Below, in pieces: positions 38,473 through 48,329 of a DNA stretch of 64,000 nt; the stretch's first letter is position 1; the number at the start of each line of letters is the position of its first letter. The translations under genes were made by a program, and so were the position numbers. This stretch comes from an uncultured cyanobacterium (GTDB lineage: Bacteria; Cyanobacteriota; Cyanobacteriia; Pseudanabaenales; Pseudanabaenaceae). The notes under the pieces were generated by a model. That model was not told the DNA's origin, did no database searches, and worked only from the letters and a program-made list of their open reading frames with translations. The stretch covers positions 1,920,001-1,984,000 of the forward strand of contig OY969811.1 in the NCBI GenBank assembly GCA_963703315.1, written 5' to 3'.

Positions 38473-41400
38473 ATGGCGACAGGTAAAGAGGAGCAACCGA
38501 TCTGGGTGCAAGACTTGTTGGCTTGGCTGGACAAGATTGAGGCAAAGAAGTTAGAGGGAGAAAAATGGATTGAGCGGGTAAATGAGGTTTTGGCTGAGTT
38601 ACTGCCAGATTTATCAGAACCGTTAAAACAAGATGATCTTAGAGACACTAAAAATGTTTGTGAGGAGTATTCCAGATCGCAAACAATAGCCGATGTCACC
38701 GCTCAAACTTCTGCATCTGATGTAGAACGATTAAAACAGTCTCTTGCAGACGCTCAAAGTATTTATGATGAGTATTCCAGATGGCAAGCAATAGCTGATG
38801 TAGTCGCTCAAATTCCTGAATCCGAGCCAGAACTACTAAAACAAGCTCTTGATGTTGCTCAACGTATTAGTGATGAGTATTGTAGATCAGAAGCGATAGC
38901 CGCCGTAGCCTCTCAAATTCCTGCATCTGAACCAGAACTACTGAAGCAAGCTCTTGAAGCTATTCAACGTATTGATAATGGAAATTACAGATCGCCAGCA
39001 ATAGTCTCTCTAGCCACTCAAATTCCTTCGTCTGAGCTAGAACTACTAAAACAAGCTCTTGAAGCCGCTCAAAGCATTGATAATGAGTATTACAGGTCAC
39101 CAGCAATAGTTGCCGTAGCCACTCAAATTCCTGCATCTGAGCCAGAACTGTTAAAACAAGCTCTTGAAGCCGCTCAAAGCATTGATAATGAGTATTACAG
39201 GTCACCAGCAATAGTTGCCGTAGCCACTCAAATTCCTGAATCTGAGCCAGAACTACTAAAACAATCTCTTGAAGCCGCTCAACGTATTAAAAATGATGAA
39301 TGCAGATGGAAAACTATAGCCATCGCAGCCGCTCAACTTCCTTCATTAGAACGAAAACTAGTTTTACAACAAGCAATTGAATCCACTCAACGTATTTATG
39401 ATGAGTATTCCAAATCGAAAGCAATAGCCGATGTAGCCACTCAAATTCCTGCATCCGAGCCAGAACTGTTAGAAAACGCTCTTAAAGCCGCTCAAAGCAT
39501 TGAGAGTGAGCATTACAGATCGAAAGCGATCGCCGCCGTAGCTGCTCAAATTCCTGCATTGGAAAGAAAATCAGCTTTACAACAAGCCATTGAAGTCGCT
39601 CAACGTATTGAAAATGAGGATTACAGATCACAAGCAATAGCCGCCGTAGCTGCTCAAATTCCTTCGTCTGAGCCAGAACTACTAAAACAAGTCCTTGAAA
39701 ATGCTCAACGTATTGAGTATGAAGATTACAGATCGCAAGCGATAGCTGCCGTAGCCGCTCAAATTCCTTCGTCTGAGCCAGAACTACTAAAACAAGTCCT
39801 TGAAAACGCTCAACGTATTGTCGGCGAGGAATACAGATTGCCAGTAATAGTCGCCGTAGCTACTCAAATTCCTGCATCCGAGCCAGAACTAATAAAACAA
39901 GCTCTTGAAGCTGCTCAACTTATCGAAAATGAGTATTTAAGATCGCCAGCAATAACCGCCATAGCTGCTCAGATTCCTGCATTCGAGCTAGAATTAATAA
40001 AACAAGCTCTTGAAACCGCGCAAACTATTAATGATGAGTATTGTAGAGCGCCAGCAATAGCCGCCGTAGCTGCTCAAATTCCTATATCCAAACGAAAACT
40101 AACTTTACAACAAACGATTAAAGTCGCTCAACATATTGAAAATGAGGATTACAGATCACAAGCAATAGCTACCGTAGTCGCTCAAATTCCTACATCAGAA
40201 CCAGAACTATTAAAACAAACCCTTGAAACTGCCCAAAGTATTGGTGATGAGAATTGCAGATTGTCAGTAATAGCTGCCATAGCTGCTCAAATTCCTGCAT
40301 CCGAGCCAGAGTTACTAAAACAGGCTCTTAAAGCCGCTCAAAGTATTATTGATGTGCAATACAGATGGCAAGCAATAGCCGCCGTAGCCGCCAAAATTCC
40401 TGAGTCCGAGCCAGAACTATTAAAACAAGCTCTTGAAGCCGCTCAAAGTCTTTTCGGCGAGGAATACAAATCGCCAGCAATAGCTGCCGTAGTGGCTCAA
40501 ATTCCTGTATCTGAGCCAGAACTATTAAAACAAGCTCTTGAAGCCGCTCAAAATATTGAGGATAAGCAATATAAAGCGCCAGCAATAGCCGCCGTAGCCT
40601 CTCAACTTTCTCCATCCGAACGAAAATCAGTATTACAACAAGCTATTAAAGTTGCACAAAGTATTGAAGACTATTATTCTGACTCGAAAGGAAGGGCAAT
40701 AGCCGCCGTAGCTGCTCAAATTCCTGTATTCGAACCAGATCTGTTAAAACAAGCCCTTGAAACAGCCCAAAGTATTAGTGATGAATATTTCAGATCAAAA
40801 ACAATAACTGCTGTAGCTGCTCAAATTCCTGAATCCGAGCTAGAACTGTTAAAACAAGCTCTTGAAGCTGCCCAGAGTATTCAAAATAATGATGAATATA
40901 GATCAAAAACAATAACTGCCGTAGCCGCTCAAATTCTTCCATCGCAACGAAAACTAGCCTTACAACAAGCTATTGGAGCCACTAAAAGTATTAGTGATGA
41001 GTATTCCAGATCGAAGGCAATAGCCGCCGTAGTCGCTCAAATTCCTGTATCCGAGCCAGAACTATTACTACAAGCCTTTGAAGCCGCTCAAAATATTGGT
41101 AATGAGAATTACAGATCAGAGGCAATAGCCACCGTAGCCACTCAACTTCCGCCATCCGAACGAAAATCAGCTTTACAAAAAGCTCTTGAAGTTGCTCAAA
41201 ATATTGAGCGTGAGGATTACAGATCGCAAACAATAGCCGTTGTAGCTGCTCGAATTCCTGCGTCCGAGCCAGAACTGTTAAAACAAGCCTTTGAAGCCGC
41301 TCAAAGTCTTGTCGATGAGCAAAACAGATCGCCAGCAATAGCCACCGTAGCTGCTCAAATTCCTGTATCCGAACTAGATCTGCTAAAACAAGCTCTTGAA

Positions 41401-44400
41401 GCTACTCAAAATATTAATCGTGGGTATCATAGATCTGAAGCAATAGCTGCCGTAGTCGCTAAACTTCCGACATCGGAATATCACAAAATAATTGAAATTT
41501 GTTCAAAGCTAGAAAACAAGCAATATCGGATTGAGGCATTAGGAGCTATAGCCTTTAAGGCAACTGAGATGCTAATCGCCCAAACCCCTCAAAATCTAAT
41601 ATCCACGATTTTAGAAATAGTTCCCAACGGTAAAAATTCAGCCGATAAAGCCAAACTTCTTAGCGCTCTTGCTACTCGACTTTCTACAGGGCTTTTTCCC
41701 AGAGCATTACAAATCATCCAAAATGAAATCAACCATCCCACATACCAAGCCGAAACTCTTAGCAATCTTCTCCCCTATTTGCCCCCAGAACAACTTCCAG
41801 AAGCACTCGCAGTAATAACAAGCTTCGCGGGTTACTCTGCTCCCACCACAGCCCTTTGCCAACTTATCCCTAAACTTACTTTTCCCGACCTAGAGTTAGT
41901 CTTCAAGGATTTTATTATTGGAACCACTGAAACAAAGGCACGAATTCCGCAACCAAAACTCCAATATCAAATCCTTAAATGTCTGAATACTTGCCTCAAA
42001 AGCATTCTGGAAAATATTACCGAAATTGACGCAGACCAACATAGCCAAGAGAGACTATCTCAAGAAATCAATGACCACCTTCACCAAATCATTAATGAAT
42101 ACGGGCATCTATTTAGCAAACTCTCATCAGACAATCAAACCGTAACACCTAAATTGATCGCCGAACAAACAAAAATCTTACGAACCATTCGCGAAAATAG
42201 CCGCGACTTCGACAAAGCCAACGCCCTCATTCAAATAACCGCCAGTTTAGATGATTCTCTATCCATCGAAGCGCAAAGTATCGCTCAAGAGATTCAAGAT
42301 GCTTATCATAAAGCACGCGCTCTAGTTTCCCTAGCATCAAGATTTCCTAAAATTCGTAACGAAGCGCAACAACAAGTTAATCAGACTAGAAAAGACGAAA
42401 TCCAACATATCGAACTTCTAAGCCAATTTGCCACCATTGTTCCCGAACAAATTCCCAACCTGCTGAAAAGCGTTGAAGAATGGTCAGGCGCAAATCCCTT
42501 TGAACTTCAAGAAACCACCACCGATCCTGAACGCTGCAAATATAAGCGCCGTCGCATCCTGATCGCCCTCAAGCCCCACCTCCCGATCCGCCTCAGCCGC
42601 GAAATCGATCGCGAAACCAGCATCGGCAAAGCCCCTCAAGACCTCTGGGAAAGATGCCTCTTTGTCCTCCGCAACGAATATCGCCAAGCCCTCAAAAGTG
42701 GCAGTTTCCGTAATGATGCCACTCAAGATGAAGATCTGCTCAACCTCAAAGACGAAATCAATGCCTTAACCGAAATGCTGCTCATGCGCGACCTTACCCC
42801 ACCCGTAGCCGTTGGCATCCTCGGTGGTTGGGGCGGCGGTAAATCTTACATGATGCACCTCATGCAAAAACACATGGTCGAGATTCGCAGTCGTGGACTC
42901 GATCCAGTTGAAGCTTGGGGATTTAAAGATAAGGATGAGGAAAATCCTGATAGCAGTAGGTTGAACCGCTATGTCGGACATATTTACCAAATCAAATTTG
43001 ACGCTTGGACTTATGCCAAATCTAACCTCTGGGCAAGCCTCATGCAGACGATCTTCTTTGAACTAGATCGCCAAATCTCCCTAGAACACCAAATTGATAC
43101 CGCTTTAAAAAGAGCCAATCCCAAAACTACCCCTCTCGATTCACAAAATGGAACGATTTGGCAAGCACTCTATGAAGTCAGTGATGAAGATCGCGAATGG
43201 TTTCTCAAAAATGTACTGACCGATCAGACATTTAATGAATGGGAAAAATTGTCAAAAGAAAACAGTAGTTCTGAAAAACTTTGGGAACTATTTGGTAACT
43301 CTCAAAAAGAAGCGATCGCAGATTTAGAAGCCCTAAAATCAACCCTTCAAGAGACAAAAGAGAATTTACAAAAGAAACCAGTCGAAATTTTGAACGATCA
43401 TGTAAAACGTAAAGCTTTCTTTGATACTGCCAGTCAAAAAGCGATCGCCATCCTTCAAAAACGTTTAGGCAAAAACTTTACTGACGAAATCAAGAAGGAC
43501 TTGGAACAAAAACTTACGAAAATTCAAGATACAACGACCGATCTAAATCAATTTTATGATTTGGTCAAAGATGATATCGAAACAGTATTGGAAAAGAAAG
43601 AGACACAAATCGACATCCAATTTATCAAAGAATTCACAGTCAAAAATTATCTGTTTATTCTCATCTGCCTCTCATTCATTCTTTTAGCCATATTCATCCC
43701 CATTGCTCTTCCCGAATCGATAAAAAACAACTTAGTCGCTCAAATCATTTCCGCAACCACTCCATTAGTCGCTGCAATTCCCTTTGCTAAAACAACAATC
43801 CAAAGAGGTCGCAAACTCTATAATCAAATTAAACTCGAAGTTTCTGACTTCACACACAAATTAGAAAACAATATTCAAAATCAAATTGATACTGATAAAG
43901 ATCTTTTAGCCCTGAAAACAAAAATTACAGAACTTGAGAAGGAAGTAAAAAATAAATCCGCAGATATTCCTACTAACACCTATGCTTCGATCACTGATTT
44001 CGTCAAAGATCGCGTCCAAAAAGGTGGCTATCAAGAACACTTAGGCATGATGCATCAAGTCAAAGAAGACCTATCCATGCTCAGCAAACGCCTCTTACCA
44101 CCACCCGCCGATTCTAAGGAATACGCCACCAAAGTTAAACAACTCGCAGAAGTATTTCCCCGTGGTTCCGCCCGTGTAGTTCTCTACATTGACGACCTCG
44201 ATCGCTGTCCACCCAAAACCGTTGTCGAAGTCCTCGAAGCCGTCCAACTCCTCGTCAAGAATCCGCTTTTTATTGCTGTCTTAGCGATCGACGAGCGCTA
44301 CATCACTCGCGCCCTTGCCGATCATTACAAAGGTGTACTTCCCCTCAAAGGTCGCCCCTCCGCCTCGGACTATCTCGAAAAGATCATTCAAATCCCCTAC

Positions 44401-44979
44401 CGTATTCGCCCCATTTCTGAACAAGCCCTCCGTCAATACCTCCGCGCCCAAATCGTCGTCCAAGATAGTGAAACTAGCGGTACTAAGTTTAATGAATTCT
44501 CCCCTGAAGAATTTAATCTGCTCGTTACCTGTTGCCAAGAATCAGAACTTTCTCCGCGCAGCCTCAAACGTCTCACCAACGTCTATAAACTCTACAAAGT
44601 TCTCAGTCGCACTCGCGGTCAAAAGCCCACACCCAAAGAACAAAAAACAATTCTGACCCTGCTTGCCTTTTCCAGTCGCTACCCTGACCTCATGCGCGAT
44701 ATTCTTCAAAAAATTGGTTCCATCTTCGACCAAAGTCAAAATCCAGATAATGAGAAGGAAACCCTTTTTAATGTATTCAAAACATACCTAGAAAATCCTG
44801 CCAAGAATTCCGCAAATTCATACTTAACAGAAGATGTCAAACAACTCACCTATGACTTTCACAAACTTGTGGATGAGAAATTGGAACTCAATGAAATTAG
44901 AAGTATTTTTGACTTTGTGCGTACTTTCTCCTTTGTCGGTGATATTGGGGTCGATCACACAAACTTAGGAATTGCGTAA
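38473..44979 (+). CDS. KAP-family P-loop NTPase with ~27 N-terminal alpha-helical (HEAT/TPR-like) repeats
   Basis: Walker A GILGGWGGGKS, FDAWTYA...LWA, two TM segments, Walker B VVLYIDDLDRC, YLEKIIQIPY, SPR.LKRL.N. Confidence 0.9.
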   Translation: MATGKEEQPIWVQDLLAWLDKIEAKKLEGEKWIERVNEVLAELLPDLSEPLKQDDLRDTKNVCEEYSRSQTIADVTAQTSASDVERLKQSLADAQSIYDEYSRWQAIADVVAQIPESEPELLKQALDVAQRISDEYCRSEAIAAVASQIPASEPELLKQALEAIQRIDNGNYRSPAIVSLATQIPSSELELLKQALEAAQSIDNEYYRSPAIVAVATQIPASEPELLKQALEAAQSIDNEYYRSPAIVAVATQIPESEPELLKQSLEAAQRIKNDECRWKTIAIAAAQLPSLERKLVLQQAIESTQRIYDEYSKSKAIADVATQIPASEPELLENALKAAQSIESEHYRSKAIAAVAAQIPALERKSALQQAIEVAQRIENEDYRSQAIAAVAAQIPSSEPELLKQVLENAQRIEYEDYRSQAIAAVAAQIPSSEPELLKQVLENAQRIVGEEYRLPVIVAVATQIPASEPELIKQALEAAQLIENEYLRSPAITAIAAQIPAFELELIKQALETAQTINDEYCRAPAIAAVAAQIPISKRKLTLQQTIKVAQHIENEDYRSQAIATVVAQIPTSEPELLKQTLETAQSIGDENCRLSVIAAIAAQIPASEPELLKQALKAAQSIIDVQYRWQAIAAVAAKIPESEPELLKQALEAAQSLFGEEYKSPAIAAVVAQIPVSEPELLKQALEAAQNIEDKQYKAPAIAAVASQLSPSERKSVLQQAIKVAQSIEDYYSDSKGRAIAAVAAQIPVFEPDLLKQALETAQSISDEYFRSKTITAVAAQIPESELELLKQALEAAQSIQNNDEYRSKTITAVAAQILPSQRKLALQQAIGATKSISDEYSRSKAIAAVVAQIPVSEPELLLQAFEAAQNIGNENYRSEAIATVATQLPPSERKSALQKALEVAQNIEREDYRSQTIAVVAARIPASEPELLKQAFEAAQSLVDEQNRSPAIATVAAQIPVSELDLLKQALEATQNINRGYHRSEAIAAVVAKLPTSEYHKIIEICSKLENKQYRIEALGAIAFKATEMLIAQTPQNLISTILEIVPNGKNSADKAKLLSALATRLSTGLFPRALQIIQNEINHPTYQAETLSNLLPYLPPEQLPEALAVITSFAGYSAPTTALCQLIPKLTFPDLELVFKDFIIGTTETKARIPQPKLQYQILKCLNTCLKSILENITEIDADQHSQERLSQEINDHLHQIINEYGHLFSKLSSDNQTVTPKLIAEQTKILRTIRENSRDFDKANALIQITASLDDSLSIEAQSIAQEIQDAYHKARALVSLASRFPKIRNEAQQQVNQTRKDEIQHIELLSQFATIVPEQIPNLLKSVEEWSGANPFELQETTTDPERCKYKRRRILIALKPHLPIRLSREIDRETSIGKAPQDLWERCLFVLRNEYRQALKSGSFRNDATQDEDLLNLKDEINALTEMLLMRDLTPPVAVGILGGWGGGKSYMMHLMQKHMVEIRSRGLDPVEAWGFKDKDEENPDSSRLNRYVGHIYQIKFDAWTYAKSNLWASLMQTIFFELDRQISLEHQIDTALKRANPKTTPLDSQNGTIWQALYEVSDEDREWFLKNVLTDQTFNEWEKLSKENSSSEKLWELFGNSQKEAIADLEALKSTLQETKENLQKKPVEILNDHVKRKAFFDTASQKAIAILQKRLGKNFTDEIKKDLEQKLTKIQDTTTDLNQFYDLVKDDIETVLEKKETQIDIQFIKEFTVKNYLFILICLSFILLAIFIPIALPESIKNNLVAQIISATTPLVAAIPFAKTTIQRGRKLYNQIKLEVSDFTHKLENNIQNQIDTDKDLLALKTKITELEKEVKNKSADIPTNTYASITDFVKDRVQKGGYQEHLGMMHQVKEDLSMLSKRLLPPPADSKEYATKVKQLAEVFPRGSARVVLYIDDLDRCPPKTVVEVLEAVQLLVKNPLFIAVLAIDERYITRALADHYKGVLPLKGRPSASDYLEKIIQIPYRIRPISEQALRQYLRAQIVVQDSETSGTKFNEFSPEEFNLLVTCCQESELSPRSLKRLTNVYKLYKVLSRTRGQKPTPKEQKTILTLLAFSSRYPDLMRDILQKIGSIFDQSQNPDNEKETLFNVFKTYLENPAKNSANSYLTEDVKQLTYDFHKLVDEKLELNEIRSIFDFVRTFSFVGDIGVDHTNLGIA
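38700..41470 (+). repeat. Intragenic tandem repeat, 105/108-bp units
   Basis: xSEPELLKQALEAAQxIxxxxYRSxAIAAVAAQIP (35 aa) interspersed with xxERKxxLQQAI variants (36 aa). Confidence 0.95.
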
Positions 44980-45065
44980 AAGAACGAGATGTAGTGACAA
45001 TTCATGAATTACCACTACATCTCGTTCTTTTGTGTCAACGCACAATGGATGTTGGAGTTTTTATA

Positions 45066-45082
45066 TTTCACACCTATTTCAT
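45066..45082 (+). promoter_or_regulatory. OmpR-type direct repeat TTTCAC-N5-TTTCAT (RppA/NrsR/CopR-like box)
   Basis: 11-bp period repeat upstream of RND adaptor; similar site at 50441. Confidence 0.6.
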
Positions 45083-45150
45083 TTTGTTGTGAGATGCTTG
45101 ATATCAAGGTAATTGCGATAAATATTGAGTACAAAAACTAGATTAAGCAG

Positions 45151-46707
45151 ATGAGATTATCCCCAAGACTTCACGTTCCCATTATTAAAGTAATTCTTAG
45201 TTTGATTTTACTTTCTAATCCTGCGATCGCCCTTGCTCATGCGGGACATGGCGATGAATTTAAAGGGACTAATACAACTGAAATCACGGGAATTACAGTA
45301 GATGATGAAGTTGCCAAGTCACTGGGAATTAAAGTAGAAACTGTAAAGAAACAGCCCCTAAAATTTGGTATGCAAACCACAGGGCAGATCGAGACTTTGC
45401 CGAACCAACAAGTAAAAGTAACTACTCCGATCAAAGGAACAATTGTTAATTTGCTAGTAGAGCCGGGGGCTTTAGTTCAGGCAGGTCAACCTGTGGCAAT
45501 TCTATCTAGTCCAGAACTAGCGGAGTTACGAGTTAGTTCGCTAGAGAAACAGGCAGAAGCAAGTGGCAATATTCTCAATGCTGAATCAAATTTACGTTTA
45601 GCCCGACAAAATCTTGAACGTCAGAAGCTACTTGTTGAAGCAGATATCCGTCAGGCTCAGACTGAATTAAGTTTAGATAAGGAGCGTTATGAGCGCGACA
45701 AAGAGTTATTAGAGAAAGGGGCGATCGCCCGACGACAATTACAAGAATCAGAATCAAAGTTTGTCGCCGCAAGAGCCGCCTTAACTAAAGCAGAAAGTCG
45801 TTTACCTTTGCTAGAAGCTCAAGCACAATTAGAAAGAGCCGAAGCTGATGTACAAGTATCTGCGACCAGAGTTGAGCTAAGTACTGCCGCTTATGCAGCA
45901 AGATTAAATCAACTAGAAGCTAGTGCAAATTCTAATGGCACGATTACAATTACTGCGCCAATTGATGGAGTTGTCAGCGATCGCGAAGCGACAATTGGCG
46001 AGTCAGTTGATGCCGCAGGAAAGACTTTAATGACGATCGTTAATGATGAAAGAGTTCTCGCCACTGCAAATATTTACGAAAAAGATATAAGTAAAATCCG
46101 TATTGGTCAACCCGTGCAGGTGAAAATTGCAGGACAGCCTTCGACTACAGTTTTTCAAGGCAAGGTGACGGTGATTGGTACTACTGTAGAAGGACAAAGC
46201 CGTATTGTTCCCGTAAAAGCTGAGATTGGTAATGTGAAGAGACAGTTAAAAGCGGGGATGTTTACCAATATCGAAATCCTCACAGATAGTGTGTCTGTGC
46301 CAACCTTAGCGATTCCTGCTGCTTCAGTAGTAGAAGCAAATGGCAAGCAGTTAGTATTTGTGCAGAATGGGAAGTCCTATCAGCCTGTTGATGTGACTTT
46401 GGGAAAGACTTCGGGGGATTTAGTGGAAGTTACAAGCGGATTGTTTGAAGGCGATCGCATTGTTACTCAGCGTGCTAATCAGCTATATGCTCAATCTCTG
46501 CGTGGAGATAATAAGCCCAAGGATGATCATAGTAATGCTATAAAACCTGATGTATCTATCCAAAACAACTGGTGGCTGATGCTTCTAGCAGGAGGTGTTG
46601 GCGGCGGCGCAATTGTGGCGATCGCTTTTTGGTTAGGAAGGCGATCGGGTACAAAAATGGTGATACTGCGGGAGCCTTTAAGTACAAGCGATCACATTGA
46701 TAGATGA
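45151..46707 (+). CDS. Heavy-metal RND efflux periplasmic adaptor (CzcB/NrsB-like)
   Basis: AHAGHGDEF, TGQIETLP, SPELAELR, coiled coil, GLFEGD.IVTQRA.QLYAQSLRG. Confidence 0.9.
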   Translation: MRLSPRLHVPIIKVILSLILLSNPAIALAHAGHGDEFKGTNTTEITGITVDDEVAKSLGIKVETVKKQPLKFGMQTTGQIETLPNQQVKVTTPIKGTIVNLLVEPGALVQAGQPVAILSSPELAELRVSSLEKQAEASGNILNAESNLRLARQNLERQKLLVEADIRQAQTELSLDKERYERDKELLEKGAIARRQLQESESKFVAARAALTKAESRLPLLEAQAQLERAEADVQVSATRVELSTAAYAARLNQLEASANSNGTITITAPIDGVVSDREATIGESVDAAGKTLMTIVNDERVLATANIYEKDISKIRIGQPVQVKIAGQPSTTVFQGKVTVIGTTVEGQSRIVPVKAEIGNVKRQLKAGMFTNIEILTDSVSVPTLAIPAASVVEANGKQLVFVQNGKSYQPVDVTLGKTSGDLVEVTSGLFEGDRIVTQRANQLYAQSLRGDNKPKDDHSNAIKPDVSIQNNWWLMLLAGGVGGGAIVAIAFWLGRRSGTKMVILREPLSTSDHIDR

Positions 46708-46757
46708 GCTATTACTATTGTGGCTTCAAAATTTTGATTGACGTATCCTTGCATCAT
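46692..46757 (-). pseudogene. Probable 5' remnant of a clan AA aspartic-protease-like partner gene
   Basis: ATGA-coupled to 46754 ORF; MMQGYVNQNFEATIVIA then runs into the adaptor gene end and stops after 21 aa. Confidence 0.5.
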
Positions 46758-47029
46758 AGCTTTTCTTTTAAGCTTCGCGCTCCAAAACGATGAACGGCGC
46801 GATAACCGATTCGGACTACCCAAGTTTGAGAATCGGGAAATCGCTCCCTAAGCTTTTTAGTGGCGGTCATTGTGTCATTAGCAATTTCAAAAGCTCCTGT
46901 TTCGATATCAATAGCTACAATTTTGCCGTGATGATCTGTCTCGACTTGTGGGAGGATTTGAGTCTGATAAATGAGATCGCCACGCTTGGCAAATTCTTCT
47001 TTGCTATATCGAGGTTGACGGACTGCCAT
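46754..47029 (-). CDS. Small conserved protein (DUF5678-like)
   Basis: RYSKEEFA.RG..IY...I.PQVE....GKIVAIDIETGAFE..RIG. Confidence 0.75.
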   Translation of the reverse strand: MAVRQPRYSKEEFAKRGDLIYQTQILPQVETDHHGKIVAIDIETGAFEIANDTMTATKKLRERFPDSQTWVVRIGYRAVHRFGARSLKEKL

Positions 47030-47119
47030 AATTGTTGTTTCTCCGCGATCATTGCCTTATTTAACATATTGTAACTGACCATAAACCGCTCCAAAGCGAT
47101 CGCTGATCAAGCTCATTTT

Positions 47120-47356
47120 CTACCGTGATGACTTGGGTGGAATCTGGACAGATTGAGGTAGTGAACAAGTTGGCGGTTTGGTTTGAGCAGATGGTAAGTA
47201 TGGACTGAAGGAATAAACCAAAACAGGGACTATGATATGGGTTCCGATATAGGTAAGACTTCTCAACAGGCGACGGGGAATCGCAATGTTAATTTTGTCA
47301 TCATTGGGAAGAGGAGAAAGCTCTGAGCCTTTACCAGAAATCGATTTGTTTGACAT
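47120..47356 (-). CDS. Hypothetical protein
   Basis: 78-aa ORF with one hydrophobic stretch. Confidence 0.5.
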   Translation of the reverse strand: MSNKSISGKGSELSPLPNDDKINIAIPRRLLRSLTYIGTHIIVPVLVYSFSPYLPSAQTKPPTCSLPQSVQIPPKSSR

Positions 47357-47632
47357 AATGAACCCATCATTAATATTTGTAGGTGTTGTTGCTTCGGCAC
47401 AGCGCTTTGTTCATAAAAAAGCGCTATTAGATATAAATAGTAGTATATACAATCAATAGATATACTGTCAATACTTATAAAACAATTGTGTTACCTAGTC
47501 TCTGATTTGCTTTTGATGCTTATATCTGGAATTATCCTTGGGATTTTGTGATAAATCTTTTGTTATAAAAGGAGAGCTTGCTTAGTGAAAGTATTTCCTA
47601 AGATAATTTTTCAAAAGCTATTTCAGTAAAAG

Positions 47633-47908
47633 ATGATCGTTAGGAAATTTGAGCAGTTACCAGTAGAAGCAAAGAATATTCTCCTGCAAATCAAGTCAGG
47701 TGTTGCATTTGCTCATAAAAAAGATGGGAGTGTATATCGCAACAGAGAAGGAAAGTTACCAGAACGATCGCCTGATTATTATCGGGAATATACGGTTCTG
47801 ACTCCTGAGATGACAACGAGAGGCTCACGCCGTTTGGTTATTGGTAATGAAGGGGAAATCTACTATACTGATGATCACTATCTGACTTTTCAGAAAATCA
47901 TCGAATAG
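47633..47908 (+). CDS. Guanyl-specific ribonuclease (barnase/RNase Sa-like), no signal peptide
   Basis: DG.VY.NREG.LP, YYREYTV, RG.RRLV.G, YYT.DHY.TF. Confidence 0.9.
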   Translation: MIVRKFEQLPVEAKNILLQIKSGVAFAHKKDGSVYRNREGKLPERSPDYYREYTVLTPEMTTRGSRRLVIGNEGEIYYTDDHYLTFQKIIE

Positions 47909-47909
47909 T

Positions 47910-48329
47910 ATGACTAAGCACATAACCCAGTTACTTCCTGTTAAGCCTTTAGCTGATCGTGATTCTGTGGCGATCGCTAATGGTGCTGATAGTTTACAGA
48001 AGTTAGGAACTGAGATTTTTTATCTTGATGGTCGAGAAATTCGGGATAAGCAGTCTTTTTTGCAGAAAGTCGCTGAGGTGATGCGGTTTCCAGATTATTT
48101 TGGCTATAACTGGGATGCTTTGGAGGAGTGCATTACGGATTTAGATTGGTGTCCTGCGGCGCGATATATTTTGATATACGACTATCCAGAAGCGTTTTCA
48201 AAAGTGGAGCCTGAAGAATGGAAGCTTGCATATGATATTTTGCGATCGGCTGTGGAATATTGGCAGGTAACGGATACGCCTTTGGAGGTTTTGTTAATTG
48301 GTGAAACCGTTACAGATAAAACGTTGTAG
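47910..48329 (+). CDS. Barstar family RNase inhibitor
   Basis: LDG..I.DK..FL......FPDYFG.NWDALEECITDL.W. Confidence 0.92.
   Translation: MTKHITQLLPVKPLADRDSVAIANGADSLQKLGTEIFYLDGREIRDKQSFLQKVAEVMRFPDYFGYNWDALEECITDLDWCPAARYILIYDYPEAFSKVEPEEWKLAYDILRSAVEYWQVTDTPLEVLLIGETVTDKTL

Noticed and set aside
38700..41470. Tandem repeats as a CRISPR array or DGR target; repeated antisense ORFs (..FERLQELV..)
   Set aside because: Units are in-frame 105/108-bp coding repeats with no repeat-spacer structure; no cas or reverse transcriptase in the window; antisense ORFs are by-products
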